Below, one piece after another: positions 18,475-29,226 of a stretch of DNA of 64,000 bases; position 1 is the stretch's first letter, and the number at the start of each line of letters is the position of its first letter. The notes beneath the pieces were generated by a model. It saw only the letters and a list, made by a program, of their open reading frames with translations. It was not told the origin of the DNA and did not search any database. The position numbers and the translations under genes were made by a program. Origin of the DNA: a virus (Duplodnaviria > Caudoviricetes); IMG/VR virus record IMGVR_UViG_3300037249_001000, positions 64,001-128,000 of that record; one strand, written 5' to 3'.

Positions 18475-20760
18475 ATGGCAGAAGTACAAAAGTATTCATT
18501 AAAAGAAAAATTAACAGAAGCTGACAAAAGTTTATATAGGTCACCTTCTCTTTATGGTATGAGTGCTTTAACTATACCACGTTACATCAATTCAATGAGG
18601 TCGGTTATGTTTACTAACCACCTCAAACAATTTTTAACTCCACTTGACCCTGATTATCCATTTGTATTTACAAATGCAGAAAATCTTGTTGGTGAACATA
18701 GTAGTGGTTATAGGAGAATAAAACATGAATCCGAAGTATACCGAAAAGTTGTTAAATATGAAGATATACTTGGTAGTGATGCAAACGTATACAAACTTTT
18801 TATTCTTGATAAAAAGAAAAAGAAGTTTGATGTAATTGAAAGAAAAGAAGTTGAAGACCTTACAGAAAATTTCGGTTTTAATTATAATAATGAAGAAATT
18901 GATAAATATTCTGAAGGTGATACTATAAAGAAAGATACCGTTCTTTATAAATCGACTTCTTATGACGATGATATGTTTTATGGTTATGGAAAGAATACAA
19001 CTGTAATGTATACATTAGACCCATATACATCTGAGGATGCAGCAGTTGCTCGCAGAGGTTATGCTGATAACTATAAAACTATTGAAACAGAAGTTATTCA
19101 AATTAAATTAAATGATAATGATTTTCTGTTGAATCTTTATGGTGAGGAAGATGGGGAATATAAACCTCTTCCAGATATTGGTGAAACATGCACTGGCATT
19201 CTTGGTGCAATAAGAACCCAATTCAATGATCAACTACTTTATGATTTTAAATCATCTTCATTAAATAAAATTCATGACGGTGATAGAATTATTTATGTAA
19301 ATGATACAAATGAAATTGTAGATATTACGATATTTTCTAATAACGAAGAAATTGTTGATACAATTTTCAATACTCAAATTAATAAATATCTTGAGTCTCA
19401 AAATAAATATTATCAAGAGATTTATGATACATGTAAAGAAATAGTTGAATTTTGTGATTTTAATGCAGGATATTCATATTCACAAGAAATAGATTATTTG
19501 TATAAACGTTCTGGTGAAATGTTGGATACTAAAAAGAGATGGAAAGAGGGTGACACATCTTTTGCTAATATGGTAATTGAAATAGTCATTCGCAAGGAAG
19601 TTCCTTTACGTAAAGGCTGTAAATTGAGTGGACGCTATGGGAACAAATCCGTTATCTCAGAAATTAGAGACGATGATAAAATGCCATTTACTGAAGATGG
19701 AAAGCCTGTTGATTTACTTCTCAATCTTCTTGCTATTATTAACAGAACAACTTCATTTGCTATCTATGAATTAATTATAACATCTATTTGTTATAAAGTT
19801 CGTCAGAAAATGAAAACATTAAATTCTTATGAAGATAAAGAAAAATTAATGTTCGATATAATTAATGAATTTAACGAAATTCAGTATGAAGACATGATAA
19901 AGAGTTATAACAAATTATCTGATTCTGAAAAGAAATTAGTTATAGATGAAGCAATAACCGAAGGCATCTATATTAATCAGTCACCTGTAAAAGAAACCAA
20001 ACCTATCTTTTATCGAATTAAAGATATTCTTGATAAATATGATTGGCTTCAACCAGATTTTGTATATATTAAAGATAGCAATGGTAGAAAGATTAAAACT
20101 CTTTCTCGTCATTGGATTGGAGATATGTACATTATTAAATTAAAGCAGTCTGATAGAAGAGGATTTAGTGCACGCTCTACTGGTACTGTTGATATTAAGG
20201 GAGTACCAACTCGGTCATTTAAATCGAAAAATCATATGGAAAAACACTCAGATTCTGCGATCCGTTTTGGTGAATCAGAGACATTGAACTTTTCTATAGG
20301 TGTTCCAAGTGAAGATATTGCATTATTTAATTCTGTTTATCGCACATCAATAAAAGGAAGAGAGCAACTTGTAAAAAGTATGTTTAATTTTGATGGAAAG
20401 AATAATGAAAATAAAACTAAAATTGATTCTGCATATACATCTCGTGTTGCAGAAATATTTGCAGTATTCTTTAAATCATTGGGACTTGAAATTGATTTTG
20501 TTGATGAAGATAGCGTTGTACGAGGTTATGATAATAATGAAATTAAACTTCATACTACTGATGATGGGGAAACTCTTCTTTGTACAGATTATGAGTTTTT
20601 CTTGAAACAGAGATATGATGAAATTAAAGAAGAGATTCTTAAAGAAAATATTATTATGACTGATGAACAACTTAAATCAGAAATTGAAGCAAGACTTAAA
20701 GAAAGGAAATTCATTAATGGACCGTTGTATGATGAAGATGGTTCATTATTGTTTGAATAA
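18475..20760 (+). CDS. rpoB: non-virion RNA polymerase beta subunit, C-terminal half
   Basis: NSMRSVMFTNHLKQ, SEDA, GCKLSGRYGNKSVIS, DMPFTEDGKPVDLLLN-like, YIIKLKQ, IRFGESE; early promoter at 18423. Confidence 0.93.
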   Translation: MAEVQKYSLKEKLTEADKSLYRSPSLYGMSALTIPRYINSMRSVMFTNHLKQFLTPLDPDYPFVFTNAENLVGEHSSGYRRIKHESEVYRKVVKYEDILGSDANVYKLFILDKKKKKFDVIERKEVEDLTENFGFNYNNEEIDKYSEGDTIKKDTVLYKSTSYDDDMFYGYGKNTTVMYTLDPYTSEDAAVARRGYADNYKTIETEVIQIKLNDNDFLLNLYGEEDGEYKPLPDIGETCTGILGAIRTQFNDQLLYDFKSSSLNKIHDGDRIIYVNDTNEIVDITIFSNNEEIVDTIFNTQINKYLESQNKYYQEIYDTCKEIVEFCDFNAGYSYSQEIDYLYKRSGEMLDTKKRWKEGDTSFANMVIEIVIRKEVPLRKGCKLSGRYGNKSVISEIRDDDKMPFTEDGKPVDLLLNLLAIINRTTSFAIYELIITSICYKVRQKMKTLNSYEDKEKLMFDIINEFNEIQYEDMIKSYNKLSDSEKKLVIDEAITEGIYINQSPVKETKPIFYRIKDILDKYDWLQPDFVYIKDSNGRKIKTLSRHWIGDMYIIKLKQSDRRGFSARSTGTVDIKGVPTRSFKSKNHMEKHSDSAIRFGESETLNFSIGVPSEDIALFNSVYRTSIKGREQLVKSMFNFDGKNNENKTKIDSAYTSRVAEIFAVFFKSLGLEIDFVDEDSVVRGYDNNEIKLHTTDDGETLLCTDYEFFLKQRYDEIKEEILKENIIMTDEQLKSEIEARLKERKFINGPLYDEDGSLLFE

Positions 20761-20866
20761 TAATTAATTGGTTGGGGCAATAAAAAAATATTGCCCCAAT
20801 TGGTTATATATTATTTTTTGGACTGCGTAGAAATATGTAGAATTTATAAATAAGGAGATAATAATT

Positions 20867-22099
20867 ATGGGTAAGAAACAATCAGTGCATATTAGACGTC
20901 TTAATTGGGACATTTCCTTTTATGCCGATATGCTAGACGGTAACGGATTTCAAATAATTGAACCATCTGGTATTTCGATTAATGGTATGAAGAAAAAATC
21001 ATTATATGGTGCTTCATCACCATTATATGGTACAAGTTATGAAGATGAACAATCGTTTATTGAACGATATAGATGTTCATGTGGTGAATTTAAAGGTAGA
21101 TTATTTGAAGGGGAAGAATGCCCACTTTGTCATACTAAAGTAGAATATAAATCTAGTAATATTAATGTTACTGGATGGATTTCTTTAGGTATTAAAAGAT
21201 GCATTAATCCATACTATTTCAATATTCTTCTTTCAGCAATAGGTAAAAATGTATTTACTGAAATTATATTTAGTAAATATCGTGTTACTACAGACGGTCA
21301 GAGAAAGAAATTAACAGCAGATGACCATATGGATGTAGTACCGGAATCAATTTATTCGTTTATTGGTATGAATGAGTTTTATAATAATTATGAAGAAATT
21401 CTCACATATTTTAAAAATAAGAAGAAAAATAAAGCTCACACTTTTGATGTTTTATTAAAAGAAAAAAGAGCTGTATTTACTTCTCACATACCAGTATATT
21501 CGACAATGTTAAGACCACAATCAATTACATCCGATACATTTTATTTTGGTAGTATTGATAAAATTATTAATACATTATATTCACTTAGTGAACACTTAAA
21601 AGATGCAACAGATGTAGAAGAAGATTATATTCTGGAAAGAATCCAGAAAAAAGTTAATAAAATGTGGGACATTAACCTTGAATTAATCAATGGTAAAGAA
21701 GGATGGGTAAGACATCAATTGCTCGGTGGTTCAATGAACTATACTGCAAGAAATGTAATTATTCCCGATCCGACTCTTCATGATAATGAAGTTGATTTAT
21801 CATATAATACATTTTTGGAGATGTATAAGTATAAGATTATTTATTATATCATGCAACTTGATAATACATCATTGTCCAGAGCATATGAGACATGGAAAGA
21901 TGCATTTAGATTTGATGAAAAAGTGTATCAAATTATGTTACATGTATTGGATAAAGAACAACCAAGATTATTGATAAATCGAAATCCTACATTGAATTAT
22001 TACTCAATGATATTAATGAAAATAAGAACTATTAAAAAAGATATCACCGATTATACCCTGTCAGTTCCGCTTAGCATACTGCCAGGTCTTAATGCGGAT
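20867..22099 (+). CDS. rpoC: non-virion RNA polymerase beta' subunit, exon 1
   Basis: zinc finger CSCG...CPLC, LRP, GKEGWVR, YTARNVI, LINRNPTL, LNAD; continues after the intron as FDGD. Confidence 0.93.
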
Positions 22100-22455
22100 C
22101 AACTTTCAAGGTCCGAGAGCACAGTAATGTGTTTCTATGTACGTTGTGAACTCCTAACAAGAGGTGTGACGAAAGTTGCTAACGGTATCAGTTAAATAAG
22201 TCACTTAAGTTTAACTTAAGTAGAGCGAATACACTGACTAAGAAAGCCTGAGGTCCTGAAAAGGATAGCTTGGTAATACCGTGCTGTTATTTTTAAAAGT
22301 GATTTAAAAATAGTAGTGTAGAGACTAACAAAAGCAATTTTAAATTGTAAGTAGGGTAGGTTTTAGTTTGAGGGCTAGAATCGAAGTGCAACGCCCCTAT
22401 ATTAATATAGGGTGAAGATATAGTCCACGCTGTATCGAAAGATATGGGTTTCGTG
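22100..22455 (+). mobile_element. group I intron (no ORF) splitting the catalytic NAD|FDGD motif
   Basis: P1 CGGAU/GUCCG, P10 UCAAG/UUUGA, P7 AGAGACUA...GAAGAUAUAGUCC, terminal G; excision gives NADFDGD. Confidence 0.92.
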
Positions 22456-24786
22456 TTTGACGGTGATATCTTAAATATAATAGGTCTTATGAATAAAGCA
22501 TTTGTATTCATGTTTAGAAAATATGACCCAGTAATGAGAATGATTATTAGTAGAGATTCACGTCTCATCAATGAATACTTTTCTATCAATAAAGGTCAGT
22601 TAATTGATTTGTATACATTTGCAACTTATGATGGTGAAGATGGTTGTAATACTGAAGAATATTATCCTGAAGAAGAAACTATTCAGAAAGATAAGTTTAG
22701 TCTTTTAGTAGATTCACCTATTATAAATAATACAAGAGAATTAAAAGCATGGTTAAAAGATATATATATCTTAGAGGATTATTTAGAGTCATATGAACAA
22801 TATAGAATATTCCAGACTAAGATTTATAATATTCTTAAAGGCTGTTTTGTAATTCCTCAGTGTAGAGATTATCCTATAAGATTTAAATTTACGGCTAATT
22901 CAAAAGAATATGTATTACCATTAAGATTGTTTATAATAAATACTATTCTTTGGTATCCATTTGTAGAACTTAATGGAATAAATGTTTTAGATGAATCGTT
23001 TATCATATTTAATCCAGAAGTATTACCTAATATTGAAAATTATCTTAATGATAATTTAATTAGTATCCTTACTGAGTATCATGTTAAGCCTTCAAGTATG
23101 AACTATGCTATTTCAGAAGTTTTGTACAATCTTAGAGGTATTTCTAATGATTATTCTATTATTCTTGGTTTGGATTTTAATATTCCTATGTTTACAAAAC
23201 TTTATTCTGAAAATGATAGAATACGAGAAATAATGGAGTGTCATTTTGAAAATGATGCTCAACCACATGAAATTGAACAAGAATTATCTGTATTGGAAAA
23301 GGAATTTATCGGTATTGTTACTGGATTGAAAGATAACCATTTAGGTATTGCATTAAGAGCTCAAACAGGTATTAAACATAAACAGCTTACAGAGTTTGCA
23401 ATATCTGAAGGACTTAAACCAGATATATCTGGTAGAACTATTCCAATTCCAATTCAAACATCAACATTGATTGGTGGTACTAATACACCTAGTGCACAAT
23501 ATATTGATGCAGCTGCAGCTCGTAAGTCATTGATTATGAATAAAAAGGTTATGGGTATTGCAGGTCATTTTGGTAAAACAGTTCTTATGAGTGCTCGTAC
23601 TCTTAGTATGAGTACAGAAGTCTCAGATTGTGGAACAAAACATCTGGTTGCTTATGATGTTTTGAATAAAACTATTCTTAAGAAACTTACTGGTAAATTT
23701 TATAGACTTACAGATGACCCTGAAGAAGAATTAAAACTTCTTAATGCAAAGAAAGATAAAAATCTTATAGGTAAGACAATTTATGTACGTTCCGCTGCAA
23801 CATGTGCTTGTAGAAATCAACATCATGTATGTGCTAAATGTGTTGGATTAACTGCTGTAATTAATGCAGATATTTCAGATGGTATTTCAGCATTTGAATC
23901 AGAAGAAATTACAAAAGTTGTTAATCAGAATATTCTTTCTGCAAAACATTTGTTGTCAACAAATTCTGAAGAGATTAAATTCAATAAAGAATTTTATGAT
24001 TTCTTTACAATTGTAGGTGGTGAAATAAATCCGATTGTTAATGAAAATTCTAATGTTAATATAAAGGATTATGCTATTTATGTTGACCCAAGTGATATTG
24101 TAAAGATGGAAGAAATGGATGATGATTCATTGTACAATACAGTTATTGAAACTGGTAGATTCTTCATTCGTAATATCAATGATCCATCTGAACCTGATAT
24201 TGTTATTCAAGTAGAGGGTGAGAAAGAAATCTTTATAGAGGAAAGTATATTGGCTTTATTAAGATCTGGTAATAACATGATTAAGTTTACAGACCTTGAA
24301 GATGATGATAAACTCTTTGAAGTTATTATTATGAATAATGAGTTGACAAAACCATTGTATGAGTTGATGCATTTGTTGGATAAACAGAGTAAGGATACTA
24401 TTAATATTGATATTGATTATATTAGTAATAAATTCCTTAGTTTGGTAATTGATGCAAAGATAGATGTATCTGCTATCGCATGTGAGCTTATTATTAATAG
24501 ACTTATTCGTTCAGCTGAAGATATTTATCGCCGTCCTGATTTCTCAAAGGATACGTTAGAACCATATGTAATTTTTACAGTGAGAAAATCATTGGAAAAG
24601 AATCCATCACCTTTGATGGGGATAGGTTTCCAGAATATTAAACGTCAGTTGTTATCGAATGATTTGTTTGAAAAGAGAACTGAAACATCATATATTGATA
24701 ACTTCTTTAAACCAACAATATCAACGGAGAATTTGTCTAAATATGCTGTTTATTATGATGAAAACTCATTAAACAGTCCTAAATAA
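22456..24786 (+). CDS. rpoC: non-virion RNA polymerase beta' subunit, exon 2 (end of beta'-N plus beta'-C)
   Basis: FDGD, GLKPD, bridge helix AARKSL...AGHFGK, DCGT, VRSAATC...VCAKCVG, QNILSAKH trigger loop. Confidence 0.9.
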   Translation, partial: FDGDILNIIGLMNKAFVFMFRKYDPVMRMIISRDSRLINEYFSINKGQLIDLYTFATYDGEDGCNTEEYYPEEETIQKDKFSLLVDSPIINNTRELKAWLKDIYILEDYLESYEQYRIFQTKIYNILKGCFVIPQCRDYPIRFKFTANSKEYVLPLRLFIINTILWYPFVELNGINVLDESFIIFNPEVLPNIENYLNDNLISILTEYHVKPSSMNYAISEVLYNLRGISNDYSIILGLDFNIPMFTKLYSENDRIREIMECHFENDAQPHEIEQELSVLEKEFIGIVTGLKDNHLGIALRAQTGIKHKQLTEFAISEGLKPDISGRTIPIPIQTSTLIGGTNTPSAQYIDAAAARKSLIMNKKVMGIAGHFGKTVLMSARTLSMSTEVSDCGTKHLVAYDVLNKTILKKLTGKFYRLTDDPEEELKLLNAKKDKNLIGKTIYVRSAATCACRNQHHVCAKCVGLTAVINADISDGISAFESEEITKVVNQNILSAKHLLSTNSEEIKFNKEFYDFFTIVGGEINPIVNENSNVNIKDYAIYVDPSDIVKMEEMDDDSLYNTVIETGRFFIRNINDPSEPDIVIQVEGEKEIFIEESILALLRSGNNMIKFTDLEDDDKLFEVIIMNNELTKPLYELMHLLDKQSKDTINIDIDYISNKFLSLVIDAKIDVSAIACELIINRLIRSAEDIYRRPDFSKDTLEPYVIFTVRKSLEKNPSPLMGIGFQNIKRQLLSNDLFEKRTETSYIDNFFKPTISTENLSKYAVYYDENSLNSPK

Positions 24787-24919
24787 TTTTTCATTTAATA
24801 GTAACAGTATAATAAAAAAATCTTTTTGTTTTTCAAATGACATTACCTTCCTAAATAATTATAAAAAAAGAAAGATATGATACTGACCATCATATCTTTC
24901 TTTTTTCTTTTACCCATAA

Positions 24920-24931
24920 AACATTAGAATA
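24920..24931 (+). promoter_or_regulatory. late (nvRNAP) promoter AACA-N6-TA
   Basis: AACATTAGAATA; the same motif occurs at 10353(-), 30601(-), 39630(-), 42534(-), 43713, 46687(-), 46832, 55459(-), 59161 and 61005; matches the AR9 late consensus. Confidence 0.75.
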
Positions 24932-24965
24932 AACCAGATTATATCAAAATAAAGAAGGTGACTTA

Positions 24966-25844
24966 ATGTATAATTTTGATAATGATCTAATAGACAAATA
25001 TGAACAGATTAAACATAAAATTTATGTTGAATATTGTAATAATAATATCACCCTTAATCAAAGAGAGATATTACTTAAACGTGCTCAAAATGATATTTTT
25101 AATAATGAATTTAATTTTATAATCGAATCTGATGAAAATGGAACTTCATCAGATATCATAGAACAAAAGCAATTAAAATCTATGGCAATAGGTAGAATGT
25201 TAGGAAAATTAGCATCAGAAAAAAAAGATTTGATCGAAGAATCAATAAAAAATATAGATGAAGAAAAACGAAACGATATTCATTTTATTTTTTTAAATCG
25301 TGACGATGAAGTTAATTCAATTATAAAAATATTAGATTATTTTTATAAATTTATTACAGATCCATCTAGTGATTCCGAAAATTATAATCATAGAAAAGAT
25401 GATTTAATTGCTGAATTAAATCATTCTTGTAAAAATGTTAAAATTGAATCATATTCGATAAATTCATATATTAATAAATTTAAGGTAGAATTTAATGATT
25501 CTGAAATTAATCAGTATGAAAAAAAGTATAATATGGCTTTTAGTAGTTCACATATAAAAGATATTTTAGAAAAATATCCAGATAATGTCGCAATTATTAA
25601 AAATTCATATACTGATTTTTTTCGTTGGTTTGATGTATTACTTGGATATAAGAATATGTATTTTAACCAAATGTGTAGATCAGTAAAAATTTCAGAAATA
25701 TATCAGAATCAATTATATGAAGATTATAATAATAACAAGAGTTCTTATAGTGATTTAAGAAGTGGTAACACATTATTACAAAAATTATTTCAATCAGTTT
25801 ATAAAGAATATTATGATGTTATTAATTCAAAATTTGAATATTAG
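24966..25844 (+). CDS. putative internal head protein
   Basis: late promoter; N-terminal IYVEYCNNNITLNQRE module then IIES. Confidence 0.55.
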   Translation: MYNFDNDLIDKYEQIKHKIYVEYCNNNITLNQREILLKRAQNDIFNNEFNFIIESDENGTSSDIIEQKQLKSMAIGRMLGKLASEKKDLIEESIKNIDEEKRNDIHFIFLNRDDEVNSIIKILDYFYKFITDPSSDSENYNHRKDDLIAELNHSCKNVKIESYSINSYINKFKVEFNDSEINQYEKKYNMAFSSSHIKDILEKYPDNVAIIKNSYTDFFRWFDVLLGYKNMYFNQMCRSVKISEIYQNQLYEDYNNNKSSYSDLRSGNTLLQKLFQSVYKEYYDVINSKFEY

Positions 25845-25856
25845 AGGTGATAGTTT

Positions 25857-26324
25857 ATGACTCAAAAAGATCTTGTTATATTAGAAATATATAATAGATA
25901 TTCTCGTGGAGAAATAACGACCGAACAACGTGATTTATTATTTGATAAATGTGAAGAAGTATTTGATGAAAAAGGTTTGTTTAGTAAGAAAACAAATCCA
26001 TATGCTCAAGCATTTATGGATGATAATAATAAATTTATGCAAGACCAATTAAAACAACGTCAAGCTGCTGTATCACAATTACAAAGTTTAAATAGTACTT
26101 TAAAAAATCAAGAAAATAGTTCTAATAATAGATATTCTATGAGTAAATATGAATATGAATTAAAAAATCTTGATATGCAAATAAAAATGTGCAAAGAAAA
26201 AATGAAGAATCCATCTTCTAAAGAAGAAAAAAAGAAATTAGTTGATACTTTAAAAAATCTTACAACAGAATATAGACAAAAACAAAATGAATATAAAAAA
26301 ATACAAAAACAAGCAAAGAGGTGA
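25857..26324 (+). CDS. putative internal head protein, coiled coil
   Basis: N-terminal EIYNRYSRGEITTEQR module. Confidence 0.55.
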   Translation: MTQKDLVILEIYNRYSRGEITTEQRDLLFDKCEEVFDEKGLFSKKTNPYAQAFMDDNNKFMQDQLKQRQAAVSQLQSLNSTLKNQENSSNNRYSMSKYEYELKNLDMQIKMCKEKMKNPSSKEEKKKLVDTLKNLTTEYRQKQNEYKKIQKQAKR

Positions 26325-26330
26325 TTTTTA

Positions 26331-27530
26331 ATGGAGAACCTATACGATATCAGTAAAGAAATTAGAATACTTGATAGTGAAATAAATCGATATTCTTTTT
26401 TATTAGAATCGGATGAAAGTACTATTGATAATTATTATTTAACTGGTGATTCTTTATTTATAGAAGCTGATGATTCTAATAAGAGACCATCTATTTTAGC
26501 TTCAATAATCAATGCAATTAAAAGATTTATTACAAAATGTAAAGCTAAATTTTTTAAATTAATTGGATCTGATAAATATAAAGAATATGAAAAAGAGTTA
26601 TCTGAAAATAAAAAACTTGCTAATAAAGAGGTTAAGTATAATCCTAGAACTAAAGAATTTGATGTTATTAATAAAGATACAAAAGATATTAATGAAATAA
26701 TCAATAAAATTAAAAATGGAACAGCAACTGATGAAGAAATTTCAAGATTAGAAGAGCAAGTTCATAAGCATAAAGGATTAAATATAGGAGGGATTGCAGC
26801 AGGTGCAGGATTAACCGCATTTACTTTATATCAATTATTTAGTGAAGTCAAAAAAAGACAAAATGAAAAAGAAAAAATAACTGACGCTGATTTTCAGTTT
26901 ATATATCAGCCGAGTTTATTAGATCCGAATAAAACAGCGTTTTCTGATGAGCAGATTAGACAACTCCAAAAAGCATTTGCAATTGCTAAAGAAAATATTG
27001 AAGAACGAAATACCTTACTTTTGAAAACACAACAAGATATGGATGCTATATTAGATAGTGAAATGAAAGAACTTTTATCAGCACATGCTGAATCATCGTA
27101 TGACGCACGAAAACTTGCTGAAAAACAAGTTGGTATTGGTAAGAAATTTAAAGAAAATAAAAATAATGATATTAATAAATTTAGAAATCAACACATATCT
27201 AGTGATAATCAATTAAATAATTATGATAATGATATTAAAAATAAGTCTAATACAGAAAAACAAAATATAGCAAGAAAATTAAGAAATGAAATTGATGAAA
27301 ATGATGATTATATGCATTCTAAAAGTTTAAAACAAAATTTAAAAGATAAAGCTAATGTTGCAGCAGATCATATCATTTATCATGCGGATTATAAACAAGA
27401 AAAAGAAAAAGAGAGAGAAGACGCTAAAGAACGAAAAAAGAAAGAAAAAGAAAGAAAACGTGCAGCTAAAGAAGAAAATAATAAAATGAAAAGAATGTTT
27501 AGAGAGGGTGTTAATTATTATGATGACTAA
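26331..27530 (+). CDS. putative internal head protein
   Basis: acidic N-terminus with LLES/FIEA sites followed by the amphipathic helix ILASIINAIKRFI, a layout seen in jumbo-phage processed head proteins. Confidence 0.5.
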   Translation: MENLYDISKEIRILDSEINRYSFLLESDESTIDNYYLTGDSLFIEADDSNKRPSILASIINAIKRFITKCKAKFFKLIGSDKYKEYEKELSENKKLANKEVKYNPRTKEFDVINKDTKDINEIINKIKNGTATDEEISRLEEQVHKHKGLNIGGIAAGAGLTAFTLYQLFSEVKKRQNEKEKITDADFQFIYQPSLLDPNKTAFSDEQIRQLQKAFAIAKENIEERNTLLLKTQQDMDAILDSEMKELLSAHAESSYDARKLAEKQVGIGKKFKENKNNDINKFRNQHISSDNQLNNYDNDIKNKSNTEKQNIARKLRNEIDENDDYMHSKSLKQNLKDKANVAADHIIYHADYKQEKEKEREDAKERKKKEKERKRAAKEENNKMKRMFREGVNYYDD

Positions 27531-29205
27531 AGAAGAAAAAAATTCCATTGCTTCTATTATTTATGAAAGATATTCTGTTGGAGAAATTTCATTAGATGAA
27601 CGAGAGGATTTACTTAAAGAATTAAATAATAAATATATAAAAGAGAATACTCTTGTAGAAGATTTTGAAATAGACGAAGATGTTTTGGATAAATTGAATA
27701 TGTTTAAGGAATCAGTATACGATAAGTATGCTAGAGGTGAAATTACATTAGAAACAAGAGAAAAATTAATTACTAGAGCTAACGAAGAATTTGCTGATAT
27801 GTATATGGAGTCGGACCAAGTAAATATCTTTAAGAAAAAAATGGATGAACTCCGAAGAAAAAATTCACATAAACGTGATGATTTTAAAAAGAAAAAAATG
27901 AATAAATTTAATAATAATGCTATTGCTGCTATAAAACAAATTATAGAAAAGAATGAACGTAATTTAAAAGGTTTAATTTTTTGCTATCCTCATTATACTC
28001 ATTTAATGAGAAAAGATGCGGCAGACGCTGTTAAACAACTTCGTGACATTATTGAAGAAATCGATCCTGTACAAAAAAGTGTAGAAGAAAATAAAGATGT
28101 TGTTAATAAATATAAAAAAACATCTGATGAAATTGGAAAAACATTTAAAAAATACGAAGAAGGAATTAAGGGTTATATGATACAAGTTCATGTTGGTGAA
28201 TTTTATAAAAATTTATGTGAATTTGCTAAACATATGACAGACGATATTAACTGGTTAGAATCAATAGATAAAAATATGTACGACATTGTGACAGCCAGAT
28301 CTAAAAAAATTAAAGATAAAGCGATATATAATGCATTAAATTCTATGTATTCTGATTATTGTCAATTCTCTTTATTTATATTAGATTTATATACGACAGA
28401 AATTTATTCTTATCTTAGAGGTATAAGCATTTTAAATAAATATAATAAACAGCATAAAGAACATGAATTGACCCCTGAAGCTCAACGTATAAAAAATGTT
28501 GATAACGATCCAATGTTGAATAGTTTGATGAAAAAAGGTTCTAAGAATAAAAATGGATATTATTTAGATTTTACTGATGATAGTAATCCGAAAGATAGTT
28601 ATACTACAAGAAAGTATAATTTATACACAAATGACAGTGATGACCATATAAAAGAGTCCGCTTATGAAAGATATTACAATGGTGAAATTTCTTTGGATGA
28701 ATTTATTACAGAGGGATTTATTAAAACAAAAATAGATGAAATAAAAGCAAAGAAAGATAAGAAAAATGAACTAGAAATTGAGTATTCTATTAAAAACGCG
28801 GCATCATCTGATTTAGATAAATTTTATAAAAATTGTGATTTTGCTATATTTACAAATAAAAAATTTAATGATAAAGATGCTAAAAATTTATCAAAAAAGT
28901 TATATAGTATAGATGGTTTTAATAAATCTATAAAAACAATTAATTTCTTTATAGTTGATGGAAAAACCATGAATAAAAAGTATGATTTAAATGCTTCGAA
29001 ATATAAAGATAATGATATATTAATTATTTTTCCATTAAATTTATTTAAAACAACTAATAGTATAGTTATAGCTAAGCAAATGACAAATTCAAGATATTTT
29101 AATGATATCGTTGATAATAATGAATACAGAGAAGTTCAAGCTGGTCATCATAAAATGAGTGAACAGGTTGAACATATTGATAAATATTTTAAATCATTAA
29201 AATAA
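27520..29205 (+). CDS. putative internal head protein with three YxxYxxGEI modules
   Basis: IYERYSVGEISL, VYDKYARGEITL, AYERYYNGEISL. Confidence 0.55.
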   Translation: MMTKEEKNSIASIIYERYSVGEISLDEREDLLKELNNKYIKENTLVEDFEIDEDVLDKLNMFKESVYDKYARGEITLETREKLITRANEEFADMYMESDQVNIFKKKMDELRRKNSHKRDDFKKKKMNKFNNNAIAAIKQIIEKNERNLKGLIFCYPHYTHLMRKDAADAVKQLRDIIEEIDPVQKSVEENKDVVNKYKKTSDEIGKTFKKYEEGIKGYMIQVHVGEFYKNLCEFAKHMTDDINWLESIDKNMYDIVTARSKKIKDKAIYNALNSMYSDYCQFSLFILDLYTTEIYSYLRGISILNKYNKQHKEHELTPEAQRIKNVDNDPMLNSLMKKGSKNKNGYYLDFTDDSNPKDSYTTRKYNLYTNDSDDHIKESAYERYYNGEISLDEFITEGFIKTKIDEIKAKKDKKNELEIEYSIKNAASSDLDKFYKNCDFAIFTNKKFNDKDAKNLSKKLYSIDGFNKSIKTINFFIVDGKTMNKKYDLNASKYKDNDILIIFPLNLFKTTNSIVIAKQMTNSRYFNDIVDNNEYREVQAGHHKMSEQVEHIDKYFKSLK

Positions 29206-29226
29206 TGAAGAAAGGGATGAGATAAT

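Noticed and set aside
24757-24860. 29-codon antisense ORF and 12-bp direct repeat (TCCTAAATAATT) at the beta' 3' end
   Set aside because: RBS spacing is poor and the repeat is short and AT-rich; likely chance
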